Positions 21,001 to 31,330 of a stretch of DNA of 31,330 nt are shown one piece after another (the first letter of the stretch is position 1; each line of letters begins with the position of its first letter). The DNA comes from Cyanophora paradoxa CCMP329 (Eukaryota; Plantae; Glaucophyta). The notes beneath the pieces were generated by a model. That model did no database searches. It worked only from the letters and a program-made list of their open reading frames with translations, and was not told where the DNA came from. The stretch covers positions 1 through 31,330 of the forward strand of contig QPMI01000311.1 of NCBI GenBank assembly GCA_004431415.1, in the 5' to 3' direction. Position numbers and translations under genes: made by a program.

Positions 21001-21449
21001 CTGGATATACGCCGTTCGAAATGGTGTATGGTCGTCCATGTGTACTTCCCGTTGATCTTCTGATCAATCCGGATGGCGTAACGTCTGGTAATCATAATGA
21101 GTATGCGAAAATGTTGGCTCGTCGCTTTTCTCGCATTTACTCCGATGTCGAGTCTGAAAAACAACTCATTCTTGCTAATCGGCCTGACAACGTTGCTCCA
21201 AGATTTGTCCCTGGTGAATTTGTCAAGGTCATGGCTATTCGGACTCGTCATTCTTCTAAATTGGATGCGAAGTTTACTGGTCCTTGGGTTGTTTTGCGTG
21301 ACGTGACGCGTGGCCTTGGTAAATCGTTTGAAGTTCAGTTCGTTGGTGAGTCTGGTCGAAACGCGCCTAAGCCTGGTATGGTGCAAGTTCACCCTGTTAG
21401 TCGGCTACGCCCATGGCGATCTCCTGCTTCGGTCGATTCTGATACATGA
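18021..21449 (+). CDS. pol: Ty3/Gypsy pol (RT-RNase H-integrase), open, lacking gag and protease core; authentic pol starts near 18125
   Basis: [48 protein letters not shown], GH...CPDC, DDE triad (IDIVG/SDQG/LVEK) and a GPW tail, with no chromodomain. The first ~35 codons of the ORF-track call are LTR/PBS/leader. Confidence 0.93.
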   Translation: [1142 protein letters not shown]

Positions 21450-21517
21450 GCCCTCTACGCTCTCGTCTCGTTCCTAGTTGGCCAGCGAGGACGTGGCCTT
21501 CTCTACTACCGAGCGGA

Positions 21518-21643
21518 TGATGTGGAGTGTAGCTGGTTCGGGTTCTGTGTCGTAGTTTGCCCTCTACATCGCCCCTCTTTCTCTTTCGGCATAGGATATT
21601 TGTATCCCCTTCGTGTGCCCCTGCACCCCAGTCTTGGTGTGTC
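21518..21643 (+). mobile_element. 3' LTR (family Y), truncated by satellite A
   Basis: Matches 6122-6247 and joins the satellite through a GTC microhomology. Confidence 0.85.
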
Positions 21644-24600
21644 ACTCAGTCAAAGGCCCCAGGTTTCCGATCCGCCACAAAATCGCAGAAAGATGCACTC
21701 CAAATCTCTCTGGGGGAATATGTAGCCTTAGGCAGATGACCCACCCACCCGCAAGTCACTCAGTCGAAGGCCCCAAGTTCAGGATCTGTGAAAAAATCAA
21801 AGAAAGATGCACCCCAAATCTCTCTGGGGGAATATGCACAAGGTGCTAGCCTTAGGCAGATTACCCACCTAAATGCAAGTCACTCAGTCAAAGGCCCCAG
21901 GTTTCCAATCTGCCAGAAAAAAGAAGAAAGATGCACCCCAAATCTCTCTGGGGGAATATGCACAAGGCGCTAGCCATAGGCAGATGACCCACCCAACAGC
22001 AAGTCACTCAGTCGAAGGCCCCAGGTTTCTGAAGGCTAGCGCCTTGTGCATATTCCCCCAGAGAGATTTGGGGTGCATCTTTCTTCTATTTTCTGGCAGA
22101 TTGGAAACCTGGGGCCTTCGACTGAGTGACTTGCTGGTGGGTGGGTCATCTGCCTAAGGCTAGCGCCTTGTGCATATTCCCCCAGAGAGATTTGGGGTGC
22201 ATCTTTCTTTGATTTTTTCACAGATCCTGACCTTGGGGCCTTCGACTGAGTGACTTGCGGGTGGATGGGTCATCTGCCTAAGGCTAGCACCTTGTGCATA
22301 TTCCCCCAGAGAGATTTGGAGTGCATCTTTCTGCGATTTTGTGGTGGATCGGAAACCTGGGGCCTTCGACTGAGTGACTTGCAGGTGGGTGGGTTCATCT
22401 GCCTAAGGCTAGCGCCTTGGGCATATTCCCCCAAAGAGATTTGGGGTGCATCTTTCTTCTTTTTTCTGGCAGATTGGAAACCTGGGGCCTTTGACTGAGT
22501 GACTTGCGGGTGGGTGGGTCATCTGCCTAAGGCTAGCAACTTGTGCATATTCCCCCAGAGAGATTTGGGGTGCATCTTTCTGCGATTTTGTGGCGGATCG
22601 GAAACCTGGGGCCTTCAACTGAGTGACTTGCAGGTGGGTGGGTTCATCTGCCTAAGGCTAGCGCCTTGTGCATATTCCCCCAGAGAGATTTCGGATGCAT
22701 CTTTCTCCTATTTAGTGGGGGATCGGAAACCTGGGGCCTTTGACTGAGTGGCTTGCTGGTGGGTGGGTTCATCTTCCTAAGGCTAGCGCCTTGTGCATAT
22801 TCCCCCAGAGAGATTTCGGATGCATCTTTCTCCTATTTAGTGGCAGATCGGAGAGAGAGAGAAATGCAGTAGACACATCCATGCCAGCAAGACTGGGTAT
22901 GACAAAGCCGCAGAGGCCCCGGAAACCTGGGGCCTTTGACTGAGTGATTAGCTGGTGGGTGGGTTCATCTTCCTAAGGCTAGCGCCTTGTGCATATTCCC
23001 CCAGAGAGATTTCGGATGCATCTTTCTCCTATTTAGTGGGGGATCGGAAACCTGGGGCCTTTGACTGAGTGGCTTGCTGGTGGGTGAGTTCATCTTCCTA
23101 ATGCTAGCGCCTTGTGCATATTCCCCCAGAGAGATTTCGGATGCATCTTTCTCCTATTTAGTGGTGGATCGGAAACCTGGGGCCTTTGACTGAGTGATTA
23201 GCTGGTGGGTGGGTTCATCTTCCTAAGGCTAGCGCCTTGTGCATATTCCCCCCCAGAGAGATTTGGGGTGCATCTTTTTTGTATTTTCTGGCGACTTGCT
23301 AGCGCCTTATTCATATTCCCCCAGAAAAATTTGGGGTGCATTTGTCTTCAATTTTGTGGTGGATCAGAAACCTGCGGCCTTCAACTGATTGCCTTGCTGG
23401 TGGGTGGGTTCATCTTCCTAAGGCTAGCGCCTTGTGCATATTCCCCGGAGAGATTTGGGAAGCATCCATTGTCTATTTTTTGACAGATCAGAAACCTGGG
23501 GCCTCCGACTGAGTGACTTGCTGTTGGATGGGTTCATCTGCCTAAGGCTAGCGCCTTGTGCATATTCCCCCAGAGAGATTTGGGGCGCATCTTTCTTCTA
23601 TTTTCTGGCAGATTGGAAACCTGGGGCCTTCGACTGAGTGACTTGCTGGTGGGTGGGTCATCTGCCTAAGGCTAGCGCCTTGTGCATATTCCCCCAGAGA
23701 GATTTGGGGCGCATCTTTCTTCTATTTTCTGGCAGATTGGAAACCTGGAGCCTTCGACTGAGTGACTTGCTGGTGGGTGGGTCATCTGCCTAAGGCTAGC
23801 GCCTTGTGCATATTCCCCCAGAGAGATTTCGGATGCATCTTTCTCCTATTTTGTGGGGGATCGGAAACCTGGGGCCTTTGACTGAGTGGCTTGCTGGTGG
23901 GTGAGTTCATCTTCCTTATGCTAGCGCCTTGTGCATATTCCCCCAGAGAGATTTCGGATGCATCTTTCTCCTATTTAGTGGCGGATCGGAAACCTGGGGC
24001 CTTTGACTGAGTGATTAGCTGGTGGGTGGGTTCATCTTCCTAAGGCTAGCGCCTTGTGCATATTCCCTTCCAGAGAGATTTGGGGTGCATCTTTTTTGTA
24101 TTTTCTGGCGACTTGCTAGCGCCTTGTTCATTTTCCCCCAGAGAAATTTGGGGTGCATTTGTCTTCAATTTTGTGGTGGATCGGAAACCTGCGGCCTTCA
24201 ACTGATTGCCTTGCTGGTGGGTGGGTTCATCTTCCTAAGGCTAGCGCCTTGTGCATATTCCCCAGAGAGATTTGGGAAGCATCCATTGTCTATTTTGTGA
24301 CAGATCAGAAACCTGGGGCCTCCGACTGAGTGACTTGCTGTTGGATGGGTTCATCTCCCTAAGGCTAGCGCCTTGTGCATATTCCCCCAGAGAGATTTGG
24401 GGCACATCTTTCTTCGATTTTCTGGCAGATTGGAAACCTGGGGCCTTCGACTGAGTGACTTGCTGGTGGGTGGGTCATCTGCCTAAGGCTAGCGCCTTGT
24501 GCATATTCCCACAGAGAGATTTCGGATGCATCTTTCTCCTATTAAGTGGGGGATCGGATACCTGGGGCCTTTGACTGAGTGGCTTGCTGGTGGGTGAGTT

Positions 24601-27600
24601 CATCTTCCTTATGCTAGCGCCTTGTGCATATTCCCCCAGAGAGATTTCGGATGCATCTTTCTCCTATTTAGTGGCGGATCGGAAACCTGGGGCCTTTGAC
24701 TGAGTGATTAGCTGGTGGGTGGGTTCATCTTCCTAAGGCTAGCGCCTTGTGCATATTCCCCCCCAGAGAGATTTGGGGTGCATCTTTCTTGTATTTTCTG
24801 GCGACTTGCTAGCGCCTTGTTCATTTTCCCCCAGAGAAATTTGGGGTGCATTTGTCTTCAATTTTGTGGTGGATCCGAAACCTGCGGCCTTCAACTGATT
24901 GCCTTGCTGGTGGGTGGGTTCATCTTCCTAAGGCTAGCGCCTTGTGCATATTCCCCGGAGAGATTTGGGAAGCATCCATTGTCTATTTTTTGACAGATCA
25001 GAAACCTGGGGCCTCCGACTGAGTGACTTGCTGTTGGGTGGGTTCATCTGCCTAAGGCTAGCGCCCTGTGCATGTTCCCCCAGAGAGATGAGGAGTGCAT
25101 CCTTCTTCTATTTTGTGGCAGATCAGAAACCTGGGGCCTTTGACTGAGTGGCTTGCTGGTGGGTGGGTTCATCTTTCTAAGGCTAGCACCTTGTGCATAT
25201 TGCCCCAGAGAGATTTGGGGTGCATCTTTCTTCTTTTTGTCACAGATCAGAAACCTGCGGCCTTCGACTGAGTGGCTTGCTGGTGGGTAGGCTATCTGCC
25301 TAAGGCTAGCGCCTTGTGCATATTCCCCCAGAGAGATTTGGGGTGCATCTTTCTTGTATTTTCTGGCGACTTGCTAGCGCCTTGTGCATATTCCCCCAGA
25401 GAGATTTGGGGTGCATCTTTCTTCTTTTTTGTCACAGATCAGAAACCTGCGGCCTTCGACTGATTGACTTGCTGGTGGGTGGGTTCATCTTCCTAAGGCT
25501 AGCGCCCTGTGCATGTTCCCCCAGAGAGATGAGGAGTGCATCCTTCTTCTATTTTGTGGCAGATCAGAAACCTGGGGCCTTTGACTGAGTGGCTTGCTGT
25601 TGGATGGGTTCATCTCCCTAAGGCTAGCGCCTTGTGCATATTCCCCCAGAGAGATTTGGGGCGCATCTTTCTTCTATTTTCTGGCAGATTGGAAACCTGG
25701 AGCCTTCGACTGAGTGACTTGCTGGTGGGTGGGTCATCTGCCTAAGGCTAGCGCCTTGTGCATATTCCCCCAGAGAGATTTCGGATGCATCTTTCTCCTA
25801 TTAAGTGGGGATCGGAAACCTGGGGCCTTTGACTGAGTGGCTTGCTGGTGGGTGAGTTCATCTTCCTTATGCTAGCGCCTTGTGCATATTCCCCCAGAGA
25901 GATTTCGGATGCATCTTTCTCCTATTTAGTGGTGGATCGGAAACCTGGGGCCTTTGACTGAGTGATTAGCTGGTGGGTGGGTTATCTTCCTAAGGCTAGC
26001 GCCTTGTGCATATTCCCCCCCAGAGAGATTTGGGGTGCATCTTTCTTGTATTTTCTGGCGACTTGCTAGCGCCTTGTTCATTTTCCCCCAGAGAAATTTG
26101 GGGTGCATTTGTCTTCAATTTTGTGGTGGATCGGAAACCTGCGGCCTTCAACTGATTGCCTTGCTGGTGGGTGGGTTCATCTTCCTAAGGCTAGCGCCTT
26201 GTGCATATTCCCCGGAGAGATTTGGGAAGCATCCATTGTCTATTTTTGACAGATCAGAAACCTGGGGCCTCCGACTGAGTGACTTGCTGTTGGGTGGGTT
26301 CATCTGCCTAAGGCTAGCGCCTTGTGCATATTCCCCCAGAGAGATTTGGGGCGCATCCTTCTTCTATTTTGTGGCAGATCAGAAACCTGGGGCCTTCGAC
26401 TGAGTGACTTGCTGGTGGGTGGGTCATCTGCCTAAGGCTAGCGCCTTGTGCATATTCCCACAGAGAGATTTCGGATGCATCTTTCTCCTATTAAGTGGGG
26501 GATCGGATACCTGGGCCTTTGACTGAGTGGCTTGCTGGTAGATGAGTTCATCTTCCTTATGCTAGCGCCTTGTGCATATTCCCCCAGAGAGATTTCGGAT
26601 GCATCTTTTTCCTATTTAGTGGCGGATCGGAAACCTGGGGCCTTTGACTGAGTGATTAGCTGGTGGGTGGGTTCATCTTCCTAAGGCTAGCGCCTTGTGC
26701 ATATTCCCTTCCAGAGAGATTTGGGGTGCATCTTTCTTGTATTTGCTGGCGACTTGCTAGCGCCTTGTTCATTTTCCCCCAGAGAAATTTGGGGTGCATT
26801 TGTCTTCAATTTTGTGGTGGATCTGAAACCTGCGGCCTTCAACTGATTGCCTTGCTGGTGGGTGGGTTCATCTTCCTAAGGCTAGCGCCTTGTGCATATT
26901 CCCCGGAGAGATTTGGGAAGCATCCATTGTCTTTTTTTTGACAGATCAGAAACCTGGGGCCTCCGACTGAGTGACTTGCTGTTGGGTGGGTTCATCTGCC
27001 TAAGGCTAGCGCCCTGTGCATATTCCCCCAGAGAGATGAGGAGTGCATCCTTCTTCTATTTTGTGGCAGATCAGAAACCTGGGGCCTTTGACTGAGTGGC
27101 TTGCTGGTGGGTGGGTTCATCTTTCTAAGGCTAGCACCTTGTGCATATTCCCCCAGAGAGATTTGGGGTGCATCTTTCTTGTATTTTCTGGCGACTTGCT
27201 AGCGCCTTGTGCATATTCCCCCAGAGAGATTTGGGGTGCATCTTTCTTCTTTTTTGTCACAGATCGGAAACCTGCGGCCTTCGACTGATTGACTTGCTGG
27301 TGGGTGGGTTCATCTTCCTAAGGCTAGCGCCTTGTGCATATTCCCCCAGAGAGATTTGAGAAGCATCCATCTTCTTTTATTTGACAGATCAGAAACCTGG
27401 GGCCTCCAACTGAGTGATTTGCCAGTGGGTAGGCCATCTGCCTTAGGCTAGCGCCTTGTGCATATTCCCCCAGAGAGATTTGGGGTGCATCCTTCTTCTA
27501 TTTTTTGGCAGATAGGAAACCTGGGGCCTTTGACTGAGTGGCTTGCTGGTGGGTGGGTTCATCTTCCTAAGGCCAGCGCCTTGTGCATATTGCCCCAGAG

Positions 27601-30600
27601 AGATTTGGGGTGCATCTTTCTTCTTTTTGTCACAGATCAGAAACCTGCGGCCTTCGACTGAGTGATTTGCCAGTGGGTAGGCCATCTGCCTAAGGCTAGC
27701 GCCTTGTGCATATTCCCCCAGAGAGATTTGGGGTGCATCTTTCTTGTATTTTCTGGCGACTTGCTAGCGCCTTGTGCATATTCCCCCAGAGAGATTTGGG
27801 GTGCATCTTTCTTCTATTTTGTGGCAGATCGGAAACCTGGGGCCTTCAACTGAGTGACTTGCTGGTGGGTGGGTCATCTGCCTAAGGCTAGCGCCTTGTG
27901 CATATTCCCCCAGAGAGATTTGGGGTGCATCCTTCTTCTATTTTGTGGCAGATCGGAAACCTGGGGCCTTTGACTGAGTGGCTTGCTGGTGGGTGGGTTC
28001 ATCTTCCTAAGGCCAGCGCCTTGTGCATATTGCCCCAGAGAGATTTGGGGTGCATCTTTCTTCTTTTTGTCACAGATCAGAAACCTGCGGCCTTCGACTG
28101 AGTGATTTGCCAGTGGGTAGGCCATCTGCCTAAGGCTAGCGCCTTGTGCATATTCCCCCAGAGAGATTTGGGGTGCATCTTTCTTGTATTTTCTGGCGAC
28201 TTGCTAGCGCCTTGTGCATATTCCCCCAGAGAGATTTGGGGTGCATCTTTCTTCTATTTTGTGGCAGATCGGAAACCTGGGGCCTTCAACTGAGTGACTT
28301 GCTGGTGGGTGGATCATCTGCCTAAGGCTAGCGCCTTGTGCATATTCCCCCAGAGAGATTTGGGGTGCATCCTTCTTCTATTTTTTGGCAGATAGGAAAC
28401 CTGGGGCCTTTGACTGAGTGGCTTGCTGGTGGGTGGGTTCATCTTCCTAAGGCCAGCGCCTTGTGCATATTGCCCCAGAGAGATTTGGGGTGCATCTTTC
28501 TTCTTTTTGTCACAGATCAGAAACCTGCGGCCTTCGACTGAGTGATTTGCCAGTGGGTAGGCCATCTGCCTAAGGCTAGCGCCTTGTGCATATTCCCCCA
28601 GAGAGATTTGGGGTGCATCTTTCTTGTATTTTCTGGCGCCTTGCTAGCGCCTTGTGCATATTCCCCCAGAGAGATTTGGGGTGCATCTTTCTTCTTTTTT
28701 GTCACAGATCAGAAACCTGCTGCCTTCGACTGATTGACTTGCTGGTGGGTGGGTTCATCTTCCTAAGGCTAGCGCCTTGTGCATATTCCCCCGGAGAGAT
28801 TTGGGAAGAATCCATCTTCTATTTCTTGACAGATCAGAAACCTGGGGCCTCCAACTGAGTGATTTGCCGGTGGGTAGGCCATCTGCCTAAGGCTAGCGCC
28901 TTGTGCATATTCCCCCAGAGAGATTTCGGAGGCATCTTTCTCCTATTTTGTGGGGGATCAGAAACCTGGGGCCTTTGACTGAGTGGCTTGCTGGTGGGTG
29001 AGTTCATCTTCCTAATGCTAGCGCCCTGTGCATATTCCCCCAGAGAGATTTGGGATGCATCCTTCTTCTATTTTGTAGCGGATCGGAAACCTGGGGCCTT
29101 TGACTGAGTGATTAGCTGGTGGGTGGGTTCATCTTCCTAAGGCTAGCGCCTTGTGCATATTCCCCCCCAGAGAGATTTGGGGTGCATCTTTCTTGTATTT
29201 TCTGGCGACTTGCTAGCGCCTTATTCATTTTCCCCCAGAGAAATTTGGGGTGCATTTGTCTTCAATTTTGTGGTGGATCCGAAACCTGCGGCCTTCAACT
29301 GATTGCCTTGCTGGTGGGTGGGTTCATCTTCCTAAGGCTAGCGCCTTGTGCATATTCCCCGGAGAGATTTGGGAAGCATCCATTGTCTATTTTTTGACAG
29401 ATCAGAAACCTGGGGCCTCCGACTGAGTTACTTGCTGTTGGGTGGGTTCATCTGCCTAAGGCTAGCGCCCTGTGCATATTCCCCCAGAGAGATTTGGGGT
29501 GCATCCTTCTTCTATTTTGTGGCAGATCAGAAACCTGGGGCCTTTGACTGAGTGGCTTGCTGGTGGGTGGGTTCATCTTCCTAATGCTAGCGCCTTGTGC
29601 ATATTCCCCCAGAGAGATTTCGGATGCATCTTTCTCCTTTTTTGTGGCTGATCGGAAACCTGGAGCCTTCAACTGACTGACTTGCTGATGGGTGGGCCAT
29701 CTGCCTAAGGCTTACGCCTTATGCATGTTCCCCCAGAGAGATGAGGAGTGCATCCTTCTTCTATTTTGTGGCAGATCAGAAACCTGGGGCCTTTGACTGA
29801 GTGGCTTGCTGGTGGGTGGGTTCATCTTCCTAAGGCTAGCACCTTGTGCATATTACCCCAGAGAGATTTGGGGTGCATCTTTCTTCTTTTTGTCACAGAT
29901 CAGAAACCTGCGGCCTTCGACTGAGTGATTTGCTGGTGGGTGGGTCATCTGCCTAAGGCTAGCGCCTTGTGCATATTCCCCCAGAGAGATTTGGGGTGCA
30001 TCTTTCTTGTCTTTTCTGGCGACTTGCTAGCGCCTTGTGCATATTCCCCCAGAGAGATTTGGGGTGCATCTTTCTTCTTTTTTGTCACAGATCAGAAACC
30101 TGCGGCCTTCGACTGATTGACTTGCTGGTGGGTGGGTTCATCTTCCTAAGGCTAGCGCCTTGTGCATATTCCCCTGGAGAGATTGTAGAAGCATCCATCT
30201 TCTTTTTTTTGACAGATCAGAAACCTGGGGCCTCCAACTGAGTGATTTGCCAGTGGGTAGGCCATCTGCCTAAGGCTAGCGCCTTGTGCATATTCCCCCA
30301 GAGAGATTTGGGGTGCATCCTTCTTCTATTTTGTGGCAGATAGGAAACCTGGGGCCTTTGACTGAGTGGCTTGCTGGTGGGTGGGTTCATCTTCCTAAGG
30401 CCAGCGCCTTGTGCATATTGCCCCAGAGAGAGTTGGGGTGCATCTTTCTTCTTTTTGTCACAGATCAGAAACCTGCGGCCTTCGACTGAGTGATTTGCCA
30501 GTGGGTGGATCATCTGCCTACGGCTAGCGCCTTGTGCATATTCCCCCAGAGAGATTTGGGGTGCATCTTTCTTCTTTTTTGTCACAGATCAGAAACCTGC

Positions 30601-31330
30601 GGCCTTCGACTGATTGACTTGCTGGTGGGTGGGTTCATCTTCCTAAGGCTAGCGCCTTGTGCATATTCCCCTGGAGAGATTTGAGAAGCATCCATCTTCT
30701 TTTTTTTGACAGATCAGAAACCTGGGGCCTCCAACTGAGTGATTTGCCAGTGGGTAGGCCATCTGCCTAAGGCGAGCGCCTTGTGCATATTCCCCCAGAG
30801 AGATTTGGGGTGCATCATTCTTCTATTTTGTGGCAGATCGGAAACCTGGGGCATTTGACTGAGTGACTTGCTGGTGGCCTTTGACTGAGTGACTTGCTGG
30901 TGGGTGGGTCATCTGCCTAAGGCTAGCGCCTTGTGCATATTCCCCCAGAGAGATTTGGGGTGCATCTTTCTTCTTTTTTGTTGCAGATCGGAAACCTGGG
31001 GCCTTCGACTGAGTGACTTGCTTTTGGGAGGGTCATCTACCTAAGGCTAGCGCCTTGTGCATATTCCCCCAGAGAGATTTGGGGTGCATCTTTCTTCTAT
31101 TTTCTGGCAGATGAGAAACCAGGGGCCTATGACTGAGTGACTTGCTGGTGGGTGGGTCATCTGCCTAAGGCTAGCGCCTTGTGCATATTCCCCCAGAGAG
31201 ATTTGAAGTGCATCTTTCTTCTATTTTGTGGCAGATCGGAAACCTGGTGCTTTTGACTGAGTGACTTGCTGGTGGGTGGGTCATCTGCCTAAGGCTAGCG
31301 CCTTGTGCATATTCCCCCAGAGAGATTTGA
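21641..31330 (+). repeat. Satellite A array, 124/125-bp monomer with higher-order structure (21641-22031 inverted); continues beyond the window
   Basis: GACTG at 23632 and 23756 (period 124). A ~67-bp deletion monomer recurs, and there are 440-bp and ~693-bp periodicities. Confidence 0.97.
22853..22919 (-). mobile_element. 67-bp insertion with (TC)n tail and 4-bp TSD CGGA; probable 5'-truncated LINE/SINE 3' end
   Basis: CGGA at 22849-22852 and 22920-22923. The minus strand ends TTTCTCTCTCTCTC. Confidence 0.6.

Noticed and set aside
21200-21449. Chromodomain at the integrase C-terminus
   Set aside because: The ORF stops ~10 aa after the GPY/F-type module, leaving no room and showing no motif.
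23615-23660. Hammerhead ribozyme in satellite A (CTGAGTGA and GAAAC)
   Set aside because: The motif is not CUGANGA, and stems II and III with an NUH cleavage site could not be built.
21641-31330. Dozens of 60-120 aa ORFs (LRLAPCAYSP..., ASALCIFPQRD...)
   Set aside because: They are translations of satellite monomers in all frames and both strands, with no frame conservation.
21641-31330. CRISPR-like array
   Set aside because: Whole monomers repeat, there are no unique spacers and no cas genes, and the context is eukaryotic.

Overview
Eukaryotic heterochromatin-like (probably centromeric or pericentromeric) window. It contains a decayed APE+RT non-LTR retrotransposon on the minus strand (1-~4966) and two interleaved tandem repeats that share a ~35-bp core: satellite A, a 124/125-bp monomer that forms a ~9.7-kb higher-order array from 21641 to the window end, and repeat B, ~205 bp. 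Fragments of at least three related Ty3/Gypsy LTR families are present: gag pieces, one 3.3-kb open pol lacking gag and protease, a decayed pol, and a 212-bp mini-element with a TSD. There is also a MITE-like element, a 67-bp retroposon tail and one apparently intact host-type gene, a GT49/LARGE-like glycosyltransferase. The strongest signals are these. Every intact outer LTR end lies in satellite DNA, and two different LTR families join satellite A at the same nucleotide, which suggests a satellite-targeted Gypsy lineage. That lineage carries a tandemly duplicated RNase H motif. One gag leader has two perfect heat-shock elements. The region was reshaped by templated end-joining, fold-backs and a tandem duplication. 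All calls come from manual reading; no searches were run.
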